From Rickettsiales bacterium (lineage in GTDB: Bacteria > Pseudomonadota > Alphaproteobacteria > Rickettsiales > G965195355), in contig OZ239627.1 in NCBI GenBank assembly GCA_965195355.1, positions 540,239-604,238 on the forward strand: a stretch of DNA of 64,000 nt, read 5' to 3'. This document shows positions 1 to 9,799 of the stretch, in pieces. The notes below the pieces were generated by a model. It ran no database searches, was not told where the DNA came from, and saw only the letters and a list, made by a program, of their open reading frames with translations. The stretch's first letter is position 1. Each line of letters begins with the position of its first letter. A program made the position numbers and the translations under genes.

Positions 1-261
1 AGATTTCAAAATTCTCAAGGATTAGAAGAGAAAGGAAAAAATCTGCTGGTTGCAACTGATTTTTCTGGAGAAGCAATATTTGGTACGCCAGGACTTGAGG
101 GGAATGGAGTATTAAAACAAGGTTACTTAGAGTCGTCAAATTGCAATCCCGCTGTTGCTATGGTGCGTCTTGTAGAATCGAATAGGGCATATGAGCTCAG
201 TGCAAAGATTATGAAAATTGCGAGTGAAATGGAGAAAAAATTTGTTGATTCTAATGCTTGA
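1..261 (+). CDS. flgG: Flagellar basal-body distal rod protein FlgG, C-terminal part (5'-truncated by window edge)
   Basis: Frame +1 reads RFQNSQGLEEKGKNLLVATDFSGEAIFGTPGLEGNGVLKQGYLESSNCNPAVAMVRLVESNRAYELSAKIMKIASEM...*; the QGxLExSN and RAYE motifs are the rod/hook C-terminal signature. Not in the ORF track. Confidence 0.88.
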   Translation, partial: RFQNSQGLEEKGKNLLVATDFSGEAIFGTPGLEGNGVLKQGYLESSNCNPAVAMVRLVESNRAYELSAKIMKIASEMEKKFVDSNA

Positions 262-448
262 TTTGGCATTTGTCATGATGCCAGGTGATGATATATGTGT
301 GAGATATAAATCTGCATCTTTCATGATAGAATCTCGTGCAATTGTCAAGAGCATTGCAAAGCACGAAGGTGAAAAAGTTAAAGTAAAGATTAATGGTAGA
401 GATCTTTATGGGGAATTGCATGGTAAATGTGTAGATTTATTAAACTGA
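254..448 (+). CDS. Truncated FlgA-like P-ring assembly chaperone (C-terminal domain only, 64 aa)
   Basis: ATG overlaps the flgG stop. VMMPGDDICVRYKSASFMIESRAIVKSIAKHEGEKVKVKINGRDLYGEL resembles the FlgA C-terminal pattern (V..G..V.v......l.i...g.Al..g..Ge.i.V.N..S...v.g.V). Position matches the alphaproteobacterial flgG-flgA order. Confidence 0.5.
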   Translation: MLDLAFVMMPGDDICVRYKSASFMIESRAIVKSIAKHEGEKVKVKINGRDLYGELHGKCVDLLN

Positions 449-504
449 AGGAGTTGATAGATGAATGTAAATACGGTAAAATAGTGTTTTATTGATTCAG
501 GCTT

Positions 505-711
505 GTGACTAGGTTCGATGTTAAAAGCAATAATCCGATGTACTCGTACCGGCTCTTTGCTGCAAGACGCTCTAAGGAGTTTATAGTAAGAAAATGCAAG
601 AATGACAGATATCATGAAAAAGCTGCGGAAAAGCGCAAGCGTAAAAAAGAAGAAAACAGAACTCGCAATAAGAAATTAAACAGGCGTAGTTCTATGGATG
701 CGTTTATCTAG
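505..711 (+). CDS. rpsU: 30S ribosomal protein bS21 (divergent)
   Basis: 68 aa, very basic; RYHEKAAEKRKRKKEE corresponds to the bS21 (F/Y)EKPSEKR motif; V..NN near the N-terminus. Confidence 0.75.
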   Translation: MTRFDVKSNNPMYSYRLFAARRSKEFIVRKCKNDRYHEKAAEKRKRKKEENRTRNKKLNRRSSMDAFI

Positions 712-721
712 TTTGTGAGTT

Positions 722-2269
722 TTGTATAGAGTATATGCTCCATATTTTGGAGTGTTCTTATGTTATACGGTAGTTTTATTTCGTCTATTATATTTCGTTC
801 ATGCATCTAATGAGTTATACGTGAATTATACTCCGATCAAGGATCATGAAGAGAAATACAGAGGAGATTTACTGGATCGTAATTCAACTGTGATTGCTTC
901 TACCGTGCCAATATTTTCTTTATTTTTAGATGCAGATTACTTCTGTAATAAAAATATTATTCGGGATTCGTGTGTGCGCTTAAATGATGTATTTGGAAGA
1001 TTGAATTGTGATGGATTATGTCACCATAAAAGGCATCATCAATGGTTTAGAGCGGTGTCTTATGTTACCCCAAAAGAATTAGATATCATTAATGGGCTTG
1101 ATATCATAGGTATCAGAATAGATTCTCTTACTAAAAGGTTATATCCTCAAGGAGATTTATTTTCGCATGTTGTAGGTAGCACTGGAGATTCAGAGCATGG
1201 GATTATGGGTATTGAATTATCTCTAGATCAAAGATTATCACATCATGAATCAATACAATTGACACTTGATACAAATATTCAATATATAGTATACACCGAA
1301 TTAAAATCTGCAATTAAATATAATAATGCAAATGGTGGATTTGCTATTGTTGCGGATGTTGCATCAGGAGAAATACTTGGTGCAGCAGCATTTCCAAATT
1401 TTAATCCAAATAATTTACATTCAGTGAATGATAAAAATGCATTTTTTAATCGCAATACATTGGGAGTATATGAATTTGGATCAATTATGAAATTATTTAC
1501 TATTGCGTCAGCGCTGGATTCAAAATCAGTAACATTAATGGATACATTTGATGTATCACGTAATATGACGATCGATAATCATGTGATACATGATTATCAT
1601 AAGATGCACAATTCGGAGATGTCAGTGCAAGATATATTATCTCGCTCTTCTAATATCGGTATCGCAAAAATCGCTCTTAAAATGGGATCAAAAATCTATG
1701 AGGATTATCTCCATAGATTTGGATTTTATAATGTAGTTAACATACCATTCAAAGAGATTGGATTTCCGATACTACCTAAAGAGATTGGTATGCTAAAATT
1801 GGCAACTATGGCATATGGATACGGATTATCCATTACTCCCATGCATTTGATTCAAGCTGCAATTGCTCTTTTTAATGGTGGTTTTTTTGTACCACTTAAG
1901 ATATTGCGCGATGAAAATCCGAGTTTACGACATAGAATATTAAGCAATGAGACATCAAATGCTATTTTAGATATATCTCGCAAAATTGTTATTCGTGGCA
2001 CTGGTTTTAAGGCAAATGCATTGGGATATCCCGTTGGAGGTAAAACAGGTTCTGCAGAAAAAATAACATCTGATGGATATGATAGGAATAAGAATTTGGA
2101 TTCATTTTTAGCAGTATTTCCAACTAATTATCCGAAATATGTGATACTTGTGACGATTGATTCCCCTAATAATGATAATGGTAAAAATACTGCTGGATTT
2201 GTTGTGGCTCCCGTTATTAAGCATATAGTACAGAGAATTGCTGCTATTAAAGCTATGCAGCCAAGTTAG
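722..2269 (+). CDS. ftsI: Class B penicillin-binding protein, FtsI/PBP3 type
   Basis: N-terminal TM segment; RGDLLDRN, RLYPQG and GIMGIE motifs; transpeptidase motifs SIMK (SxxK), SSN (SxN) and KTG. Confidence 0.9.
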   Translation: MYRVYAPYFGVFLCYTVVLFRLLYFVHASNELYVNYTPIKDHEEKYRGDLLDRNSTVIASTVPIFSLFLDADYFCNKNIIRDSCVRLNDVFGRLNCDGLCHHKRHHQWFRAVSYVTPKELDIINGLDIIGIRIDSLTKRLYPQGDLFSHVVGSTGDSEHGIMGIELSLDQRLSHHESIQLTLDTNIQYIVYTELKSAIKYNNANGGFAIVADVASGEILGAAAFPNFNPNNLHSVNDKNAFFNRNTLGVYEFGSIMKLFTIASALDSKSVTLMDTFDVSRNMTIDNHVIHDYHKMHNSEMSVQDILSRSSNIGIAKIALKMGSKIYEDYLHRFGFYNVVNIPFKEIGFPILPKEIGMLKLATMAYGYGLSITPMHLIQAAIALFNGGFFVPLKILRDENPSLRHRILSNETSNAILDISRKIVIRGTGFKANALGYPVGGKTGSAEKITSDGYDRNKNLDSFLAVFPTNYPKYVILVTIDSPNNDNGKNTAGFVVAPVIKHIVQRIAAIKAMQPS

Positions 2270-5200
2270 TTGTTTTATTAACGAAATATCTCTGTAAATA
2301 TTTACCTGTAACGCTATCTTTGTGTTTTGATACCTCGCGCGGCGTACCAATAGCCATTACTCGTCCTCCATCATCTCCACCTTCTGGGCCAATATCAATA
2401 ATATGATCTGCAGTTTTGATGACGTCAAGATTGTGCTCAATGACAATGACTGTATTTCCCTTATCCACTAGTGCATGCAAGACGTATAGTAATTTACTAA
2501 TGTCATCTGTATGCAATCCCGTTGTTGGCTCGTCCAATATATATAGAGATTGCCCAGTGGATTGCTTGGATAATTCTCGAGATAATTTGATTCTTTGAGC
2601 CTCTCCACCGGATATTGTCAGTGCAGATTGACCTAATTTCATATATCCAAGCTTAATGCTCTGCATGGCGCTCAATTTTGCATAAACACTCGGAATTGAT
2701 TTAAAGAAAATCGTTGCTTCGTCAATTGTCATATCTAATACATCTGCAATAGACTTACCCTTATAATGTACCTCAAGAGTTTGCTCGTTGTATCGTTTTC
2801 CATTGCATTCATCGCATTTTATGTACATATCTGGTAAAAAATGCATCTCTACTTTTGTCTCTCCATTGCCTTGACATGCTTCACACCGGCCACCTTTTGC
2901 ATTGAATGAGAATCTACCGGGTTTGTAACCAAATTTCTTTGCTGTGCTAGTTGCAGCAAACAAATCTCGAATCGCATTAAATGCTCCAGTATATGTTGCT
3001 GGATTGGATGACGGCATGCATCCAATCCTAGATTGATCTATATGTATCACTTTGTCGATATATTCTATTCCAGTTATACAATCATGCTCTCCTGGCACAA
3101 TGGAAGATCCATTAATTTTGCGCGCTATCGTTGCATACAAGGTATCGAATACCAAAGATGATTTTCCACCTCCTGAAACTCCACATACACATATGAATTT
3201 TCCCAATGGAAATTCAACCGTGATGTTTTTTAGATTATGAGATTTTGCGCCCAAAACCTTGATGCTTTTTTCACTTCCTTTGCGCGTAGTATCCCTGACG
3301 TTTATTGATTTTCGACCAGATAAATATGCCCCAGTAATGCTATTTTCATTGTACATGATTTCATTTGGTGTACCCTCTGCTGTGAGATAACCTCCGTACC
3401 TACCCGCTCCAGGTCCTATATCAAAGACATAATCTGCAGCCATGATGGTTTCTTCGTCGTGTTCAACAACTATGACTGTATTTCGCATATCTCGTAAATG
3501 CTTAAGAGTGCTAATTAATTTATCATTGTCACATTGATGTAAACCAATAGATGGTTCATCTAATACGTACAATACTCCCGTTAATCCAGATCCAATCTGA
3601 GAAGCTAATCTGATTCTTTGGCTTTCTCCTCCAGACAATGTAGAAGACTCTCTGGAGAGAGGAAGGTATTTCAATCCTACATCGTATAAGAATTTCAGCC
3701 TTCGTAATGTTTCATTTAAGACTCCATCTGTAATTAAGAGTTCTTTTGGGGTGAGTTTTGATTTGCGTAGATCTTCGATCCATGCTATTGATTTTTCTAC
3801 TGACATTTTTGTCACTTCCGCTATATTGAGACCAGCGATTTTAATGCATAAGGATTCAGGCCGTAATTTATTACCATTGCAATGATTGCATGTCATCATT
3901 GTGGTAAATTGCTCAAAAAATGCCTCAGATTTCGCAATGCTGCCATTCATAGTACATTGCTTCATATTGTCTATATCCTTTAACAACCCATCAAAATTTA
4001 TTTGCATACTACTATCTTCTAACGATTTACTGACATATTTATGCTGAATTTGAATTTTCTCGTTCATTCCGTGTAAAATAGCACTGCGCGCTTCTTGAGA
4101 AAGTTCTGGCCATTTTGTTTGCAAATTAAAATGATGCATTTTTCCAAGAGCTGTCAATATTGCTTCTCGATATATCAAATCATGTGGCGTAAGTAGATAG
4201 TTAGTTTTGCTCCATGGAATAATCGCTCCCTCTGATAAAGTGATGTTGTGATTAATCATTAAATTATGATCTATTTGCTTGCTTTTTCCCAACCCATTAC
4301 AATGTGTACACGTTCCATAAGGACTATTGAATGAAAACATTCTGGGTTCTATTGCATCAAATGCCATACCGGACTCAGCACAAGTCATTTTTTCGGAAAA
4401 AACCATTATTTTTCCATTTTGCACTCTTTCATCTTTTTCTGATACAATCTCAATGTGCATCACTCCATGACCCAATTTCACAGCTTTTTCAATACTTGTA
4501 ACCAAGCGCGATTTTATTGTTTGTGAAAGTACAATTCTATCTATAACAATAGAGATATTATGTTGCTTCTTGCGATCTAGTGTTGGTACTTGATCGATCT
4601 CATATGCAATATCATTAATTTTAATACGCTGAAAACCCATCAATCTTATATTCCTCATCTCAGATGAATGATCGCCTTTTTTGTTTTTAATTACAGGAGC
4701 AATAACATGTATCATCATGCCTTCTGTGAGTTGTAATATGCTCTCAGCCATTTGTTGAGGTGTCATGCTATTAACCATTTTTCCAGTAGCGGGAGAATGC
4801 GGCACCCCAATGCATGCAAATAACAATCTTAAATGATCATGCACACCTGACGCTGTTGCTATTGTGGAGCGAGGGTTTTTTGCTGTTGTTTTTTGATTAA
4901 TGGAAATTGCCGGGGATATACCTACAATTCTGTCAAATTCTGGTTTATTTTGCGTACTCAGAAATTGTCTTGCATATATCGATAAGCTCTCAACATATCT
5001 CCGCTGTCCTTCTGCGTATATAGTGTCAAACGCTAGGCTTGATTTCCCAGAACCACTAACTCCAGTAATGACTGATAATTTGTTCTTTGGGATTTTAATA
5101 GTCACATTTTTTAAATTATTTTCCCTTGCTCCGTAGACATATATATATTTATTTATATCTTCATCTAAATTCTGTATGTTTTGAACATTGCCATTATAAT

Positions 5201-5300
5201 TAACGTGCGATACAAGAGCACTATTATTATTCATATTTTGAGTATTTTTTATATCGCCATGCACTACGCTTGGATCTAAATTTGGAATCGATTCTACCAT
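2253..5300 (-). CDS. uvrA: Excinuclease ABC subunit A
   Basis: GARENNLKN, two Walker A motifs (GVSGSGKSS, GVSGGGKSS), LSGGE/ISGGE signatures, CxxC zinc fingers. Confidence 0.98.
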   Translation of the reverse strand: MVESIPNLDPSVVHGDIKNTQNMNNNSALVSHVNYNGNVQNIQNLDEDINKYIYVYGARENNLKNVTIKIPKNKLSVITGVSGSGKSSLAFDTIYAEGQRRYVESLSIYARQFLSTQNKPEFDRIVGISPAISINQKTTAKNPRSTIATASGVHDHLRLLFACIGVPHSPATGKMVNSMTPQQMAESILQLTEGMMIHVIAPVIKNKKGDHSSEMRNIRLMGFQRIKINDIAYEIDQVPTLDRKKQHNISIVIDRIVLSQTIKSRLVTSIEKAVKLGHGVMHIEIVSEKDERVQNGKIMVFSEKMTCAESGMAFDAIEPRMFSFNSPYGTCTHCNGLGKSKQIDHNLMINHNITLSEGAIIPWSKTNYLLTPHDLIYREAILTALGKMHHFNLQTKWPELSQEARSAILHGMNEKIQIQHKYVSKSLEDSSMQINFDGLLKDIDNMKQCTMNGSIAKSEAFFEQFTTMMTCNHCNGNKLRPESLCIKIAGLNIAEVTKMSVEKSIAWIEDLRKSKLTPKELLITDGVLNETLRRLKFLYDVGLKYLPLSRESSTLSGGESQRIRLASQIGSGLTGVLYVLDEPSIGLHQCDNDKLISTLKHLRDMRNTVIVVEHDEETIMAADYVFDIGPGAGRYGGYLTAEGTPNEIMYNENSITGAYLSGRKSINVRDTTRKGSEKSIKVLGAKSHNLKNITVEFPLGKFICVCGVSGGGKSSLVFDTLYATIARKINGSSIVPGEHDCITGIEYIDKVIHIDQSRIGCMPSSNPATYTGAFNAIRDLFAATSTAKKFGYKPGRFSFNAKGGRCEACQGNGETKVEMHFLPDMYIKCDECNGKRYNEQTLEVHYKGKSIADVLDMTIDEATIFFKSIPSVYAKLSAMQSIKLGYMKLGQSALTISGGEAQRIKLSRELSKQSTGQSLYILDEPTTGLHTDDISKLLYVLHALVDKGNTVIVIEHNLDVIKTADHIIDIGPEGGDDGGRVMAIGTPREVSKHKDSVTGKYLQRYFVNKTTNLAA

Positions 5301-5440
5301 GATGTTTGTATCAACAATTATAGAACATACATTGTTATTGCACCGTGGTCAAAACTATAATTACCTTCAAAGTAATTTACGATTATTTCATTATTGAAAA
5401 TTAGTGTTATTTATTATAGACTATTGTTTTCGGTGTTGTT

Positions 5441-6841
5441 GTGGTGTTACAGGGGGGCATTTCTGGAATCTTTGCTGATTATGAATTTGTTGCATTTTGT
5501 TTTATGCCGATGATGGGATTATGGAGGAGGCTTACATTTCGCAAGGATTCATTAGATGTTGATTTATTGAGAAACGGTATATCATTTGATGGATCCTCTA
5601 TTCCTGGATGGAAACCAGTAGAAAACTCTGATATGCTACTAAGACCTGATCTTGACAGAATATATAATGATCCTTTTTCTGCGAGAAAAACTGCTATTAT
5701 AATATGCAATGTCATAGATACAGATACAAATGAAGAATACACAAGATGTCCGCGCAGCATATTAGCAAAGGCAGTGCATTACATGAAGAATGACATGGGA
5801 TACAATGAAGCTTATTTTGGTCCTGAACCGGAGTTCTTTATATTTGATAATATGCGTCACCATACTTCGCAAGTAGAATCGTTTGCTGTTATAGATGGTT
5901 ATAGTAACAATACTAAAGTATGTGATACACGGGATTATACCTCTGGTAGATATGGGGGGCACAGCACTTCATGTAAACAGAATTATATGACAGCGGCTCC
6001 TGCTAATTCGCATCAGGATATATTAGACTGTATATGTGATTCAATGGAATCATTGGGATTGGAGCCGAGTATTAGTCACGCAGAAGTGGCAATAGCACAA
6101 TCCGAGATTGGTATTAAACACAATACTCCAGTCAATATAGCGGATAATGTTTTGCTGTACAAACATTCAGTTCTGAATACTGTGGCATCATATGGAAAGA
6201 CTGCTACATTTATGCCAAAACCAATATGTGGTGACAATGGTAGTGGCATGCATATACATCAATCCTTATGGAAAGATGGCAAGAATCAATTTTTTGATGA
6301 ACATCATGGTTTATCGCTAGTTGCGAAGCATTATATCGGAGGTATATTAAAGCATATCAAATCCATAAATGCATTTTCTAATCCTACTGTAAACAGTTAT
6401 AAGAGGCTTGTTCCTGGATTTGAAGCGCCTGTATATGCAGCCTATTCAAATAAAAATAGATCAGTAGCGATTCGGATACCATATTCTACTTCTGCAGATG
6501 CAAAGCGAATTGAGGCAAGATTTCCTGATCCATCTGCAAATCCTTATTTATGTATGTCTGTATTGCTGATGGCGGGTCTCGATGGTATCAAAAACGAAAT
6601 TGATCCCGGAGAGGAAAAAAACAACAATATGGATTTAATATCTGATAACAATATTGAGAAAGTTGCATTATCACTTGATGAAGCTTTGGATGCGCTTGAA
6701 TGCAATCATAGTTTCTTAACATCTTCTGATGTTATGAATGAAGGTATGATTTATGAATATATTAAATTAAAGCGTATGGAAATTAATGAAATAAAAGAGC
6801 AAATATCACCCATGGAGTATAAGATGTATTATAGCGCATGA
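5441..6841 (+). CDS. glnA: Glutamine synthetase type I
   Basis: FDGSSIPGW, GPEPEFFIF, ATFMPKP..GDNGSGMHIHQS, NSYKRLVPGFEAP, RIEARFPDPSANPYL. Confidence 0.96.
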   Translation: MVLQGGISGIFADYEFVAFCFMPMMGLWRRLTFRKDSLDVDLLRNGISFDGSSIPGWKPVENSDMLLRPDLDRIYNDPFSARKTAIIICNVIDTDTNEEYTRCPRSILAKAVHYMKNDMGYNEAYFGPEPEFFIFDNMRHHTSQVESFAVIDGYSNNTKVCDTRDYTSGRYGGHSTSCKQNYMTAAPANSHQDILDCICDSMESLGLEPSISHAEVAIAQSEIGIKHNTPVNIADNVLLYKHSVLNTVASYGKTATFMPKPICGDNGSGMHIHQSLWKDGKNQFFDEHHGLSLVAKHYIGGILKHIKSINAFSNPTVNSYKRLVPGFEAPVYAAYSNKNRSVAIRIPYSTSADAKRIEARFPDPSANPYLCMSVLLMAGLDGIKNEIDPGEEKNNNMDLISDNNIEKVALSLDEALDALECNHSFLTSSDVMNEGMIYEYIKLKRMEINEIKEQISPMEYKMYYSA

Positions 6842-8163
6842 GAACGCTGTACAAGAATGCTAGGATTTTAGATCCTAATTCTGGATTGGATCTGGAAAGC
6901 GGTTTCGTTATAGTAGATCATGATGGTAGGATATCTGGCATTGGTAATGACGAGATCGAAGGATTTGATGATCTTGAGATTGATTGTTATCAATGTTTAT
7001 TAATTCCTGGATTAATTGATGCGCATGTCCATTTTCGTGAACCAGGACAAATACACAAGGAAGATATTAGTAGTGGATCTCTTGCTGCAGCGGCGGGTGG
7101 TATTACGTCTGTTGTATGCATGCCAAATACAAATCCGGTGGTTGATAATACATTAGTATTAGATGGGATATACAAATCTTCTCGAGATTCTTCTGCGATA
7201 AGGATTTTCCAAAAAGCATCCATCACAATGGGCTTAAAAGGAGATATTTTAACTGATATGTTGAGCTTAAGAGAAGCAGGTGCTATTGGATTCACAGATG
7301 ATGGAAAACCAATATCTAATGCATTTGTTATGCGTGAGACATTGCGCATTGCCGCTAGACATAATCTTTGGATTTCACAACATGCGGAGTGTTTAGATTT
7401 ATCAAATCATGGCTCAATTAATTGTGGGTATGTATCTGAGAAACTTGGCATAGGTGGAATTCCAACATCGTCCGAGGTTGTATGTATAGCGCGAGATGTC
7501 GCTATATTATGTGATCTACAAGATCATGGAATGTTTCCTCATCTTCACATTCAGCATGTTTCGTGTGCTGAATCTGTTAATATGATACGAATTGCGAAAT
7601 CAAAAGGCTTGAATATAACATGTGAAGTTACCCCGCATCATATTACATTAATTGACAGAGATGTATTGGAATACAGATCTAATGCAAAAATGAATCCACC
7701 ATTGCGATCAGAAAAAGATCGATTGGCGCTTATTGAAGGTTTAATTGATGGAACGATTGACATTATTGCGACGGATCATGCGCCGCATGAAAGAGAAATA
7801 AAGGATTTTTCTCTCATTCAAGATGCTGCTTTTGGTATAATTGGATTGGAAACATTTTTACCTTTATCTCTCGCTTTGTATCATAATGATACTCTCTCAT
7901 TAAGAGAGATACTCAGAAAAATCACTTGCGATCCTGCGAATATCATAGGAAAAAAGGATCTGGGACGATTAAAGATTGGTGGATTTGCAGATATATCTTT
8001 GATCGATCTTGATTGTGAGTATGAAGTATGCGCATCACAATCCTTCAGCAAATCCCGAAATTCTCCATTCTACGGTAAACAAGTCAAAGGAAAAGTGCTC
8101 AAGACAATTGTAAATGGTAAATGCGTCTACGATGCATTTGATGTTGAAGAAAAAAATACTTGA
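6838..8163 (+). CDS. pyrC: Dihydroorotase (type I)
   Basis: [35 protein letters not shown]; ATGA overlap with glnA. Confidence 0.96.
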   Translation: MRTLYKNARILDPNSGLDLESGFVIVDHDGRISGIGNDEIEGFDDLEIDCYQCLLIPGLIDAHVHFREPGQIHKEDISSGSLAAAAGGITSVVCMPNTNPVVDNTLVLDGIYKSSRDSSAIRIFQKASITMGLKGDILTDMLSLREAGAIGFTDDGKPISNAFVMRETLRIAARHNLWISQHAECLDLSNHGSINCGYVSEKLGIGGIPTSSEVVCIARDVAILCDLQDHGMFPHLHIQHVSCAESVNMIRIAKSKGLNITCEVTPHHITLIDRDVLEYRSNAKMNPPLRSEKDRLALIEGLIDGTIDIIATDHAPHEREIKDFSLIQDAAFGIIGLETFLPLSLALYHNDTLSLREILRKITCDPANIIGKKDLGRLKIGGFADISLIDLDCEYEVCASQSFSKSRNSPFYGKQVKGKVLKTIVNGKCVYDAFDVEEKNT

Positions 8164-9104
8164 ATACGATCTAATATTTCAATTCTATCGGTCATATGAT
8201 TGATTTTGCTGCGAAATTCTGAAGATCCATGCATTCCATTGCTGTACCATCCAATGTGCTTACGAGCAATTCTAATTCCAGCTGCTTCTCCATAATGATT
8301 GATAATTGCAGAGAAATGTCTCAAGATGATCTCTAATTTCTCTTGAGATGTGGGCTCAGAGATTTTTTTATTGTCTCGTATAAAATACTTTGCTTGATTC
8401 AAAAACCATGGTTTTCCATACATGCCTCTTCCTATCATGATTCCATCGGCATTAGATACATTTAATGCCGTTGTTATATCATCGAGATTTTTAATATCAC
8501 CATTCACTATTACTGGTATTGTGACATTATCTTTAACTTGTTTGACAAATTTCCAATCAGCATTGCCTTTATACATTTGACATCGTGTTCTGCCATGTAC
8601 GGTAATCATTTGCACACCTTCGCTTTCTGCAATATGCGCAAGTCGTGGTGCATTGAGATTATCGGAATCCCATCCCATCCTCATTTTAAGTGTTACAGGA
8701 ATGTTTACCGCATTCACAGTGGCGCGTATGATTTCTGTTGCTAATTTTTCATGTTGCATTAAAGCAGAACCCGCATAGCCACTGACGACTTTTTTTGCAG
8801 GACATCCAAAATTGATATCAATAATCTTTGTGCCCATGCTCTCATTCAATTTTGCAGCTTCAGCCATGCAATGAGGTTCGCATCCAGCGAGTTGTACTGC
8901 GCTAATTCCGCGTGATAACGATGCTTTTTGCATGCTTTTTTTGGTTTGTAATATCATAGCTTGACTCGCTACCATCTCAGACACTGTGAGTGATTCTGTA
9001 TCAATTTCAGAAACGATATTACGAAAGGGTTGATCAGTGATGCCAGAAAGAGGAGCAAGTATAGCATTGCTATTGATTTTGATACTACCAATTTGAAGTG
9101 ACAT
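8127..9104 (-). CDS. dusB: tRNA-dihydrouridine synthase B (NifR3 family)
   Basis: [38 protein letters not shown]. Confidence 0.95.
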   Translation of the reverse strand: MSLQIGSIKINSNAILAPLSGITDQPFRNIVSEIDTESLTVSEMVASQAMILQTKKSMQKASLSRGISAVQLAGCEPHCMAEAAKLNESMGTKIIDINFGCPAKKVVSGYAGSALMQHEKLATEIIRATVNAVNIPVTLKMRMGWDSDNLNAPRLAHIAESEGVQMITVHGRTRCQMYKGNADWKFVKQVKDNVTIPVIVNGDIKNLDDITTALNVSNADGIMIGRGMYGKPWFLNQAKYFIRDNKKISEPTSQEKLEIILRHFSAIINHYGEAAGIRIARKHIGWYSNGMHGSSEFRSKINHMTDRIEILDRIQVFFSSTSNAS

Positions 9105-9149
9105 TGAAAATACTTTTAATGATATACCATCATATCATATATATAATGA

Positions 9150-9177
9150 TTGACATCCTGTTAATGTAGATTATTAT
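9150..9177 (+). promoter_or_regulatory. Putative sigma70 promoter for ORF 9204
   Basis: TTGACA-16 nt-TATTAT, 26 nt upstream of the ATG. Confidence 0.55.
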
Positions 9178-9203
9178 TCTATAAGTTTTAATGTATATCT
9201 AAT

Positions 9204-9425
9204 ATGTCTGAGGATAAAAAATCAAAATCTAATGATGAAACATCTAATGATGAAACACCAGGTACTAATGTTTGTGTGTCAGTTGCTTATGGAGTTGGCG
9301 CAGCTGTGCTAGCAAGTTCTTGTATTTCTGCGGCACCTGCTATTGGTATAGGGTTGGTGACTATTGCTGCTCATTGTGTATATTCTAACTGGGAGGAGAT
9401 TAATTTAGCATTCTATCCTGGTTAA
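9204..9425 (+). CDS. Small orphan membrane protein with a long (~40 aa) hydrophobic hairpin
   Basis: 73 aa; charged N-terminus, then VCVSVAYGVGAAVLASSCISAAPAIGIGLVTIAAHCVY; own promoter; fills an intergenic gap. Confidence 0.7.
   Translation: MSEDKKSKSNDETSNDETPGTNVCVSVAYGVGAAVLASSCISAAPAIGIGLVTIAAHCVYSNWEEINLAFYPG
9227..9256 (+). repeat. In-frame 15-nt tandem duplication (SNDET x2)
   Basis: atctaatgatgaaac occurs twice in tandem. Confidence 0.9.
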
Positions 9426-9441
9426 TTGAGCATTCTATCCT
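9402..9441 (+). repeat. Imperfect direct repeat (22-nt period) across the stop of ORF 9204
   Basis: aatttagcattctatcct (9402-9419) and aattgagcattctatcct (9424-9441). Confidence 0.85.
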
Positions 9442-9484
9442 TTGTAGATTTGATGAATGAATGCAAAAAAAAAACGTTCTAGGG

Positions 9485-9512
9485 TTGACATATATCTTAA
9501 TATAGATAGGAT
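9485..9512 (+). promoter_or_regulatory. Putative sigma70 promoter for ORF 9533/era
   Basis: TTGACA-16 nt-TAGGAT; its spacer shares TTAATNTAGA with the 9150 promoter. Confidence 0.5.
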
Positions 9513-9532
9513 TCATTTTTGATGTTGTTTAA

Positions 9533-9793
9533 GTGCCAAGTGTTAATGCTGCTGGTCGGTTCTGGGAATCAGTACCCTGGAAGGTTTTAATATCATCTGG
9601 AGGATGTGTAATTGCTGCTGGAATTCTTTATACGCCTTTTGTTGTGCTAACTCTTGTGTTATATAGTTCTGCAGCAATTTTGGGATTCAATGCAATAAGT
9701 GAGTATGTGTCTCAGTCTTCATGGAGTCCTGTCTCTACATTATTGACGAGTATCTCGAAATCACAAGATAATTTGTCTTTTAAGAAAGAATAG
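9533..9793 (+). CDS. Small orphan membrane protein with a bilobed hydrophobic domain
   Basis: 86 aa, GTG start; VLISSGGCVIAAGILYTPFVVLTLVLYSSAAILGFNAI; ends 6 nt before era. Confidence 0.65.
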   Translation: MPSVNAAGRFWESVPWKVLISSGGCVIAAGILYTPFVVLTLVLYSSAAILGFNAISEYVSQSSWSPVSTLLTSISKSQDNLSFKKE

Positions 9794-9799
9794 GGGAGA

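Noticed and set aside
5301-5440. LexA box upstream of uvrA
   Set aside because: No GTTC-N7-GTTC or GAAC-N7-GAAC match.
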